Origin: Eledone cirrhosa
Taxonomy: Eukaryota
Assembly: GCA_964016885.1 (NCBI GenBank)
Contig: OZ024741.1
Location: 410,502,001-410,566,000 of the forward strand
DNA length: 64,000 nucleotides
Direction of reading: 5' to 3'
The position numbers and the translations under genes are program-made. Of this stretch, positions 15,161 to 27,450 are shown one piece after another (position 1 is the stretch's first letter; each line of letters starts with the position of its first letter). Under the pieces are notes generated by a model that worked only from the letters and a program-made list of their open reading frames with translations, did no database searches and was not told where the DNA came from.

Positions 15161-18100
15161 TACCAGCAACTACTGTTTCTAAGCAACCCCCACCTTTACT
15201 AATTAAATCACCAGCAACTACTGTCTCTAAGCAACCTCCACCTCTACTAATTAAAATCACCAGCAACTAGTGTCTCTGAGCATCCTCCACCTCTACTAAT
15301 TTAATCACCAGCAACTACTGTCTCTGAGCAACCTCCACCTCTGATTATTAAATCACCAGCAACTACCGGCTCTAAGCAACCTCTACTTCTGTAAATTAAA
15401 TCACCATCAACTACTGTCTCTAAGCAACCTACACCTCTTCTAACGAAATCACCAGCAACTACTGTCTTTGAGCAACCTCTACTTCTGTAAATTAAATCAC
15501 CAGCAACTAGTGTCTCTCAGCAACCTCCACGTCTTCAAATTAAATCATCAGCAACTACTGTCTCTAAGCGACCTCCACTTCTTATAATTAAATCACCAGC
15601 AACTACTGTCTAGGAGGAGCCTCTATTTGTGTAAATTAAATCACCAGCAACTACTGTCTCTAAGCAACCTCCACCTCTACTAATTAAATCACCAGCAACT
15701 ACTGTCTCTAATCAACCTCCTCCTTTTCTAATTAAATCACCAACAACCACTGTCACTAAGCAACCTCCACCTTTACTAATTAAATCACCAGCAACTACTG
15801 TCTCTAAGCAACCTCCACCTCTACTAATTAAAATCACCAGCAACTACTGTCTCTGAGCACCCTCCACCTCTACTAATTAAATCACCAGCAACTACTGTCT
15901 CTGAGGAGCCTCTACTTCTGTAAATTAAATCACCAGCAACTACTGTCTCTGAGCAACCTCTACTTCTGTAAATTATATCACCAGCAACTACTGTCTATGA
16001 GGAACCTAAACTTCTGTAAATTAAATCACCGGCAACTACTGTCTCTAAGCAACCTACACCTCTTCTAACGAAATCACCAGCACTACTGTCTTTGAGCAAC
16101 CTCTACTTCTGTAAATTAAATCACCAGCAACTAGTGTCTCTCAGCAACGTCCACGTCTTCAAATTAATTCACCAGCAACTACTGTCTCTGACCAACCTCT
16201 ACTTCTGTAAATTAAATCACTAGCAACTACTGTCTCTGAGCAGCCTCTACGTCTGTAAATTGAATCGCCAGCAACTACTGTCTAGGAGTGCCTCTATTTG
16301 TGTAAATTAAATCACCAGCAACTACTGTCTCTAAGCAACCCCCACCTTTACTAATTAAATTACCAGCAACTACGGTCTCAAAGCAACCCCCACCTTTACT
16401 AATTAAATCACCAGCAACTACTCTCTCTAAGCAACCTCCACCTCTACTAATTAAAATCACCAGCAACTAGTGTCTCTGAGCACCCTCCAGCTCTACTAAT
16501 TAAATCACCAGCAACTACTGTCTCTGAACAACCTCCACCTCTGATAATTAAATCACCAGCAACTACCGGCTCTAAGCAACCTCTACATCTGTAAATTAAA
16601 TCACCAGCAACTACTGTCTCTAAGCAACCTACACCTCTTCTAACGAAATCACCAGCAACTACTGTCTTTGAGCAACCTCTACTTCTGTAAATTAAATCAC
16701 CAGCAACTAGTGTCTCTCAGCAACCTCCACGTCTTCAAATTAAATCACCAGCAACTACTGTCTCTAAGCGACCTCCACTTCTTATAATTAAATCACCAGC
16801 AACTACTGTCTAGGAGGAGCCTCTATTTGTGTAAATTAAATCACCAGCAACTACTGTCTCTAAGCAACCTCCACCTCTACTAATTAAATCACCAGCAACT
16901 ACTGTCTCTAAGCAACCTCCTCCTTTTCTAATTAAATCACCAACAACCACTGTCACTAAGCAACCTCCACCTTTACTAATTAAATCACCAGCAATTACTG
17001 TCTCTAAGCAACCTCCACCTCTACTAATTAAAATCACCAGCAACTACTGTCTCTGAGCACGCTCCACCTCTACTAATTAAATCACCAGCAAATACTGTCT
17101 CTGAGGAGCCTCTACTTCTGTAAATTAAATCACCAGCAACTACTGTCTCTGAGGAGCCTCTATTTCTGTAAATTAAATCACCCGCAACTACTGTATCTAG
17201 GCAACCACCACCTCTACTAATTAAATCCCCAGCAACTACTGTCTCTAAACAACCTCCACCTCTACTAATTAAATCACCAGCAACTACTGTCTCTGAGGAG
17301 CCTCTATTTCTGTAAATTAAATCACCCGCAACTACTGTCTCTAGGCAACCACCACCTCTACTAATTAAATCCCCAGCAACTACTGTCTCTAAGCAACCTC
17401 CACCTCTACTAATTAAATCACCAGCAACTACTGTCTCTAGGCAACCACCACCTCTACTAATTAAATCCCCAGCAACTACTGTCTCTAAGTAACCTCCACC
17501 TCTAATAATTAAATCACCAGCAACTACTGTCTCTAAGCAACCTCCACCTTTACTAATTAAATCACCAGCAACTACTGTCTCTGAGCACCCTCCACCTCTA
17601 CTAATTAAATCACCAGCAACTACTCTCTCTGAGCAACCTCCACCTCTGATAATTAAATCACCAGCAACTAACGGCTCTAAGCAACCTCTACTTCTGTAAA
17701 TTAAATCACCAGCAACTACTGTCTCTAAGAAACCTACACCTCTTCTAACGAAATCACCAGCAACTACTGTCTTTGAGCAACCTCTTCTTCTGTAATTTAA
17801 ATCACCAGCAACTAGTGTCTCTCAGCAACCTCCACGTCTTCAAATTAAATCACCAGCAACTACTGTCTCTAAGAACCTCCACTTCTTATAATTAAATCAC
17901 CGGCAACTACTGTCTCTGACCAACCTCTACTTCTGTAAATTAAATCACTAGCAACTACTGTCTCTGAGCAACCTCTACTTCTGTAAATTGAATCACCAGC
18001 AACTACTGTCTAGGATGAGCCTCTATTTGTGTAAATTAAAACACCAGTAACTACCGTCTCTAAGCAACTTCCACCTCTACTAATTAAATCACCAGCAACT

Positions 18101-19340
18101 ACTTCCTCTAAGCAACCTCCACCTTTTCTAATTAAATCACCAGCAACCACTGTCACTAAGCACCCCCCACCTTTACTAATTAAATTACCAGCAACTACTG
18201 TTTCTAAGCAACCCCCACCTTTACTAATTAAATCACCAGCAACTACTGTCTCTAAGCAACCTCCACCTCTACTAATTAAAATCACCAGCAACTAGTGTCT
18301 CTGAGCACCCTCCACCTCTACTAATTTAATCACCAGCAACTACTGTCTCTGAGCAACCTCCACCTCTGATTATTAAATCACCAGCAACTACCGGCTCTAA
18401 GCAACCTCTACTTCTGTAAATTAAATCACCATCAACTACTGTCCCTAAGCAACCTACACCTCTTCTAACGAAATCACCAGCAACTACTGTCTTTGAGCAA
18501 CCTCTACTTCTGTAAATTAAATCACCAGCAACTAGTGTCTCTCAGCAACCTCCACGTCTTCAAATTAAATCATCAGCAACTACTGTCTCTAAGCGACCTC
18601 CACTTCTTATAATTAAATCACCAGCAACTACTGTCTAGGAGGAGCCTCTATTTGTGTAAATTAAATCACCAGCAACTACTGTCTCTAAGCAACCTCCACC
18701 TCTACTAATTAAATCACCAGCAACTACTGTCTCTAAGCAACCTCCTCCTTTTCTAATTAAATCACCAACAACCACTGTCACTAAGCAACCTCCACCTTTA
18801 CTAATTAAATCACCAGCAACTACTGTCTCTAAGCAACCTCCACCTCTACTAATTAAAATCACCAGCAACTACTGTCTCTGAGCACCCTCCACCTCTACTA
18901 ATTAAATCACCAGCAACTACTGTCTCTGAGGAGCCTATACTTCTGTAAATTAAATCACCAGCAACTTCTGTCTCTGAGCAACCTCTACTTCTGTAAATTA
19001 AATCACCAGCAACTACTGTCTATGAGGAACCTAAACTTCTGTAAATTAAATCACCGGCAACTACTGTCTCTAAGCAACCTACACCTCTTCTAACGAAATC
19101 ACCAGCACTACTGTCTTTGAGCAACCTCTACTTCTGTAAATTAAATCACCAGCAACTAGTGTCTCTCAGCAACGTCCACGTCTTCAAATTAATTCACCAG
19201 CAACTACTGTCTCTGACCAACCTCTACTTCTGTAAATTAAATCACTAGCAACTACTGTCTCTAAGCAGCCTCTACGTCTGTAAATTGAATCGCCAGCAAC
19301 TACTGTCTAGGAGTGCCTCTATTTGTGTAAATTAAATCAC
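14600..19340 (+). repeat. Block at ~14.6-16.3 kb repeated at ~17.6-19.3 kb (offset 3025 = 63 monomers +1)
   Basis: ORFs at 14985/18010. Shared private variants: CACCCCCCACC, TGTTTCTAAG, TAATTTAATC, CTGATTATT, ATCATCAGC, GAGGAACCTAAAC, TAGGAGTGCC. Confidence 0.85.
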
Positions 19341-21139
19341 CAGCAACTACTGTCTCTAAGCAACCTCCACCTCTACTAATTAAATCACCAGCAACTACTA
19401 TCTCTAATCAACCTCCACTTCTTATAATTAAATCACCAGCAACCACTGTCACTAAGCAACCCCCACCTTTACTAATTAAATCACCAGCAACTACTGTCTC
19501 TGAGCACCCTCCACCTCTTCTAATTAAATCACCAGCAACTACTGTCTCTGAGGAGCCTCTACTTCTGTAAATTAAATCACCAGCAACTACTGTCTATGCG
19601 GAGCCTGAACTTCTGTAAATTAAATCACCGGCAACTACTGTCTCCAAGCAACCTCCACCTCTACTAATTAAAATCACCAGCAACTAATGTCTCCGAGCAA
19701 TCTCCACATCTACTAATTAAATCACCAGCAACTACTGTCTCTGAGGAGCCTCTACTTCTCTAAATTAAATCACCAGCAACTACTGTCTCTAAGCAACCTC
19801 GACTTCTGTAAATTAAATCACCAGCAACTACTGTCTAGGAGGAGCCTCTATTTGTGTAAATTAAATCACCAGCAACTACTGTCTCTAAGCAACCTCCACC
19901 TCTACTAATTAAATCACCAGCAAATACTGTCTCTAAGCAACCTCCTCCTTTTCTAATTAAATCACCAGCAACCACTGTTACTAAGCAACCTCCACCTCTA
20001 CTAATTAAAATCACCAGCAACTACTGTCTCTGAGCACCCTCCACCTCTACTAATTAAATCACCAGCAAATACTGTCTCTGAGGAGCCTCTACTTCTGTAA
20101 ATTAAATCACCAGCAACTACTGTCTCTAAGCAACCTATACTTCTGTAAATTAAATCACCAACAACTACTGTCTCTGAGCAACCTCCACCTCTACTAATTA
20201 AATCACCAGCAACTACTGTCTCTTAGGAGCCTCTACTTCTGTAAATTAAATCACCAGCAACTACTGTCTCTAAGCAACCTATCCTTCTGTAAATTAAATC
20301 ACCAGCAACTACTGTCTCTGAGGAGCCTCTATTTCTGTAAATTAAATCACCCGCAACTACTGTATCTAGGCAACCACCACCTCTACTAATTAAATCCCCA
20401 GCAACTACTGTCTCTAAGCAACCTCCACCTCTACTAATTAAATCACCAGCAACTACTGTCTCTGAGGAGCCTCTTTTTCTGTAAATTAAGTCACCCGCAA
20501 CTACTGTCTCTAAGCAACCTCTACTTCTGTAAATTAAATCACCAGCAACTAGTGTCTCTCAGCAACGTCCACGTCTTCAAATTAAATCACCAGCAACTAC
20601 TGTCTCTGACCAAAGTCTACTTCTGTAAATAAAATCACTAGCAACTACTGTCTCTGAGGAACCTCTACGTCTGTAAATTAAATCGCCAGCAACTACTGTC
20701 TAGGAGGTGCCTCTATTTGCGTAAATTAAATCACCAGCAACTACTGTCTCTAAGCAACCTCCACCTCTACTAATTAAATCACCAGCAACTACTGTCTCTA
20801 AGCAACCTCCACCTCTACTAATTAAATCACCAGCAACTACTGTCTCTGAGGAGCCTCTATTTCTGTAAAATTAATCACCCGCAACTACTGTCATTAAGCA
20901 ACCTCCACCTCTACTAATTAAATCACCAGCAACTACGCTCTCTGGGGAGCCTCTATTTCTGTAAATTAAGTCACCCGCAACTACTGTCTCTAAGCAACGT
21001 CCACGTCTTCAAATTAAATCACCAGCAACTACTGTCTCTGACCAACCTCTACTTCTGTAAATTAAATCACTAGCAACTACTGTCTCTGAGGAGCCTCTAT
21101 TTCTGTAAATTAAGTCACCCGCAACTACTGTCTCTAAGC

Positions 21140-24100
21140 AACCTCTACTTCTGTAAATTAAATCACCAGCAACTAGTGTCTCTCAGCAACCTCCACGTCT
21201 TCAAATTAAATCACCAGCAACTACTGTCTCTAAGCGACCTCCACTTCTTATAATTAAATCACCAGCAACTACTGTCTAGGAGGAGCCTCTATTTGTGTAA
21301 ATTAAATCACCAGCAACTACTGTCTCTAAGCAACCTCCACCTCTACTAATTAAATCACCAGCAACTACTGTCTCTAAGCAACCTCCTCCTTTTCTAATTA
21401 AATCACCAACAACCACTGTCACTAAGCAACCTCCACCTTTACTAATTAAATCACCAGCAACTACTGTCTCTAAGCAACCTCCACCTCTACTAATTAAAAT
21501 CACCAGGAACTACTGTCTCTGAGCACCCTCCACCTCTACTAATTAAATCACCAGCAAATACTGTCTCTGAGGAGCCTCTACTTCTGTAAATTAAATCACC
21601 AGCAACTACTGTCTCTAAGCAACCTATACTTCTGTAAATTAAATCACCAACAACTACTGTCTCTGAGCAACCTCCACCTCTACTAATTAAATCACCAGCA
21701 ACTACTGTCTCTTAGGAGCCTCTACTTCTGTAAATTAAATCACCAGCAACTACTGTCTCTGAGGAGCCTCTATTTCTGTAAATTAAATCACCCGCAACTA
21801 CTGTATCTAGGCAACCACCACCTCTACTAATTAAATCCCCAGCAACTACTGTCTCTAAACAACCTCCACCTCTACTAATTAAATCACCAGCAACTACTGT
21901 CTCTGAGGAGCCTCTATTTCTGTAAATTAAAACACCCGCAACTACTGTCTCTAGGCAACCACCACCTCTACTAATTAAATCCCCAGCAACTACTGTCTCT
22001 AAGCAACCTCTTACCTCTACTAATTAAATCACCAGCAACTACTGTCTCTAGGCAACCACCACCTCTACTAATTAAATCCCCAGCAACTACTGTCTCTAAG
22101 TAACCTCCACCTCTAATAATTAAATCACCAGCAACTACTGTCTCTAAGCAACCTCCACCTTTACTAATTAAATCACCAGCAACTACTGTCTCTGAGCACC
22201 CTCCACCTCTACTAATTAAATCACCAGCAACTACTCTCTCTGAGCAACCTCCACCTCTGATAATTAAATCACCAGCAACTACCGGCTCTAAGCAACCTCT
22301 ACTTCTGTAAATTAAATCACCAGCAACTACTGTCTCTAAGAAACCTACACCTCTTCTAACGAAATCACCAGCAACTACTGTCTTTGAGCAACCTCTTCTT
22401 CTGTAATTTAAATCACCAGCAACTAGTGTCTCTCAGCAACCTCCACGTCTTCAAATTAAATCACCAGCAACTACTGTCTCTAAGAACCTCCACTTCTTAT
22501 AATTAAATCACCGGCAACTACTGTCTCTGACCAACCTCTACTTCTGTAAATTAAATCACTAGCAACTACTGTCTCTGAGCAACCTCTACTTCTGTAAATT
22601 GAATCACCAGCAACTACTGTCTAGGATGAGCCTCTATTTGTGTAAATTAAAACACCAGTAACTACTGTCTCTAAGCAACCTCCACCTCTACTAATTAAAT
22701 CACCAGCAAATACTTCCTCTAAGCAACCTCCACCTTTTCTAATTAAATCACCAGCAAGCACTGTCACTAAGCAACCCCCACCTTTACTAATTAAATTACC
22801 AGCAACTACGGTCTCAAAGCAACCCCCACCTTTACTAATTAAATCACCAGCAACTACTCTCTCTAAGCAACCTCCACCTCTACTAATTAAAATCACCAGC
22901 AACTAGTGTCTCTGAGCACCCTCCACCTCTACTAATTAAATCACCAGCAACTACTGTCTCTGAGCAACCTCCACCTCTGATAATTAAATCACCAGCAACT
23001 ACCGGCTCTAAGCAACCTCTACATCTGTAAATTAAATCACCAGCAACTACTGTCTCTAAACAACCTACACCTCTTCTAACGAAATCACCAGCAACTACTG
23101 TCTTTGAGCAACCTCTACTTCTGTAAATTAAATCACCAGCAACTAGTGTCTCTCAGCAATCTCCACGTCTTCAAATTAAATCACCAGCAACTACTGTCTC
23201 TAAGCGACCTCCACTTCTTATAATTAAATCACCAGCAACTACTGTCTAGGAGGAGCCTCTATTTGTGTAAATTAAATCACCAGCAACTACTGTCTCTAAG
23301 CAACCTCCACCTCTACTAATTAAATCACCAGCAACTACTGTCTCTAAGCAACCTCCTCCTTTTCTAATTAAATCACCAACAACCACTGTCACTAAGCAAC
23401 CTCCACCTTTACTAATTAAATCACCAGCAACTACTGTCTCTAAGCAACCTCCACCTCTACTAATTAAAATCACCAGCAACTACTGTCTCTGAGCACCCTC
23501 CACCTCTACTAATTAAATCACCAGCAAATACTGTCTCTGAGGAGCCTCTACTTCTGTAAATTAAATCACCAGCAACTACTGTCTCTAAGCAACCTATACT
23601 TCTGTAAATTAAATCACCAACAACTACTGTCTCTGAGCAACCTCCACCTCTACTAATTAAATCACCAGCAACTACTGTCTCTTAGGAGCCTCTACTTCTG
23701 TAAATTAAATCACCAGCAACTACTGTCTCTGAGGAGCCTCTATTTCTGTAAATTAAATCACCCGCAACTACTGTATCTAGGCAACCACCACCTCTACTAA
23801 TTAAATCCCCAGCAACTACTGTCTCTAAACAACCTCCACCTCTACTAATTAAATCACCAGCAACTACTGTCTCTGAGGAGCCTCTATTTCTGTAAATTAA
23901 ATCACCCGCAACTACTGTCTCTAGGCAACCACCACCTCTACTAATTAAATCCCCAGCAACTACTGTCTCTAAGCAACCTCCACCTCTACTAATTAAATCA
24001 CCAGCAACTACTGTCTCTAGGCAACCACCACCTCTACTAATTAAATCCCCAGCAACTACTGTCTCTAAGTAACCTCCACCTCTAATAATTAAATCACCAG

Positions 24101-27100
24101 CAACTACTGTCTCTAAGCAACCTCCACCTTTACTAATTAAATCACCAGCAACTACTGTCTCTGAGCACCCTCCACCTCTACTAATTAAATCACCAGCAAC
24201 TACTCTCTCTGAGCAACCTCCACCTCTGATAATTAAATCACCAGCAACTACCGGCTCTAAGCAACCTCTACTTCTGTAAATTAAATCACCAGCAACTACT
24301 GTCTCTAAGAAACCTACACCTCTTCTAACGAAATCACCAGCAACTACTGTCTTTGAGCAACCTCTTCTTCTGTAATTTAAATCACCAGCAACTAGTGTCT
24401 CTCAGCAACCTCCACGTCTTCAAATTAAATCACCAGCAACTACTGTCTCTAAGAACCTCCACTTCTTATAATTAAATCACCGGCAACTACTGTCTCTGAC
24501 CAACCTCTACTTCTGTAAATTAAATCACTAGCAACTACTGTCTCTGAGCAACCTCTACTTCTGTAAATTGAATCACCAGCAACTACTGTCTAGGATGAGC
24601 CTCTATTTGTGTAAATTAAAACACCAGTAACTACCGTCTCTAAGCAACTTCCACCTCTACTAATTAAATCACCAGCAACTACTTCCTCTAAGCAACCTCC
24701 ACCTTTTCTAATTAAATCACCAGCAACCACTGTCACTAAGCAACCCCCACCTTTACTAATTAAATTACCAGCAACTACGGTCTCAAAGCAACCCCCACCT
24801 TTACTAATTAAATCACCAGCAACTACTCTCTCTAAGCAACCTCCACCTCTACTAATTAAAATCACCAGCAACTAGTGTCTCTGAGCACCCTCCACCTCTA
24901 CTAATTAAATCACCAGCAACTACTGTCTCTGAGCAACCTCCACCTCTGATAATTAAATCACCAGCAACTACCGGCTCTAAGCAACCTCTACATCTGTAAA
25001 TTAAATCACCAGCAACTACTGTCTCTAAACAACCTACACCTCTTCTAACGAAATCACCAGCAACTACTGTCTTTGAGCAACCTCTACTTCTGTAAATTAA
25101 ATCACCAGCAACTAGTGTCTCTCAGCAATCTCCACGTCTTCAAATTAAATCACCAGCAACTACTGTCTCTAAGCGACCTCCACTTCTTATAATTAAATCA
25201 CCAGCAACTACTGTCTAGGAGGAGCCTCTATTTGTGTAAATTAAATCACCAGCAACTACTGTCTCTAAGCAACCTCCACCTCTACTAATTAAATCACCAG
25301 CAACTACTGTCTCTAAGCAACCTCCTCCTTTTCTAATTAAATCACCAACAACCACTGTCACTAAGCAACCTCCACCTTTACTAATTAAATCACCAGCAAC
25401 TACTGTCTCTAAGCAACCTCCACCTCTACTAATTAAAATCACCAGCAACTACTGTCTCTGAGCACCCTCCACCTCTACTAATTAAATCACCAGCAAATAC
25501 TGTCTCTGAGGAGCCTCTACTTCTGTAAATTAAATCACCAGCAACTACTGTCTCTAAGCAACCTATACTTCTGTAAATTAAATCACCAACAACTACTGTC
25601 TCTGAGCAACCTCCACCTCTACTAATTAAATCACCAGCAACTACTGTCTCTTAGGAGCCTCTACTTCTGTAAATTAAATCACCAGCAACTACTGTCTCTG
25701 AGGAGCCTCTATTTCTGTAAATTAAATCACCCGCAACTACTGTATCTAGGCAACCACCACCTCTACTAATTAAATCCCCAGCAACTACTGTCTCTAAACA
25801 ACCTCCACCTCTACTAATTAAATCACCAGCAACTACTGTCTCTGAGGAGCCTCTATTTCTGTAAATTAAATCACCCGCAACTACTGTCTCTAGGCAACCA
25901 CCACCTCTACTAATTAAATCCCCAGCAACTACTGTCTCTAAGCAACCTCCACCTCTACTAATTAAATCACCAGCAACTACTGTCTCTAGGCAACCACCAC
26001 CTCTACTAATTAAATCCCCAGCAACTACTGTCTCTAAGTAACCTCCACCTCTAATAATTAAATCACCAGCAACTACTGTCTCTAAGCAACCTCCACCTTT
26101 ACTAATTAAATCACCAGCAACTACTGTCTCTGAGCACCCTCCACCTCTACTAATTAAATCACCAGCAACTACTCTCTCTGAGCAACCTCCACCTCTGATA
26201 ATTAAATCACCAGCAACTACCGGCTCTAAGCAACCTCTACTTCTGTAAATTAAATCACCAGCAACTACTGTCTCTAAGAAACCTACACCTCTTCTAACGA
26301 AATCACCAGCAACTACTGTCTTTGAGCAACCTCTTCTTCTGTAATTTAAATCACCAGCAACTAGTGTCTCTCAGCAACCTCCACGTCTTCAAATTAAATC
26401 ACCAGCAACTACTGTCTCTAAGAACCTCCACTTCTTATAATTAAATCACCGGCAACTACTGTCTCTGACCAACCTCTACTTCTGTAAATTAAATCACTAG
26501 CAACTACTGTCTCTGAGCAACCTCTACTTCTGTAAATTGAATCACCAGCAACTACTGTCTAGGATGAGCCTCTATTTGTGTAAATTAAAACACCAGTAAC
26601 TACCGTCTCTAAGCAACTTCCACCTCTACTAATTAAATCACCAGCAACTACTTCCTCTAAGCAACCTCCACCTTTTCTAATTAAATCACCAGCAACCACT
26701 GTCACTAAGCACCCCCCACCTTTACTAATTAAATTACCAGCAACTACTGTTTCTAAGCAACCCCCACCTTTACTAATTAAATCACCAGCAACTACTGTCT
26801 CTAAGCAACCTCCACCTCTACTAATTAAAATCACCAGCAACTAGTGTCTCTGAGCACCCTCCACCTCTACTAATTTAATCACCAGCAACTACTGTCTCTG
26901 AGCAACCTCCACCTCTGATTATTAAATCACCAGCAACTACCGGCTCTAAGCAACCTCTACTTCTGTAAATTAAATCACCATCAACTACTGTCTCTAAGCA
27001 ACCTACACCTCTTCTAACGAAATCACCAGCAACTACTGTCTTTGAGCAACCTCTACTCCTGTAAATTAAATCACCAGCAACTAGTGTCTCTCAGCAACCT

Positions 27101-27450
27101 CCACGTCTTCAAATTAAATCATCAGCAACTACTGTCTCTAAGCGACCTCCACTTCTTATAATTAAATCACCAGCAACTACTGTCTAGGAGGAGCCTCTAT
27201 TTGTGTAAATTAAATCACCAGCAACTACTGTCTCTAAGCAACCTCCACCTCTACTAATTAAATCACCAGCAACTACTGTCTCCAAGCAACCTCCTCCTTT
27301 TCTAATTAAATCACCAACAACCTCCACCTTTACTAATTAAATCACCAGCAACTACTGTCTCTAAGCAACCTCCACCTCTACTAATTAAAATCACCAGCAA
27401 CTACTGTCTCTGAGCACCATCCACCTCTACTAATTAAATCACCAGCAACT
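21140..27450 (+). repeat. 41-monomer higher-order repeat (1969 bp), ~3.2 tandem copies
   Basis: ORF series 21276/23246/25215 and 22621/24590/26559 (offsets 1970, 1969, 1969, 1969). 1969 = 41x48+1, matching two +1 monomers (AATTAAAATC) and one -1 monomer (TAAGAACC) per unit. Confidence 0.95.
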
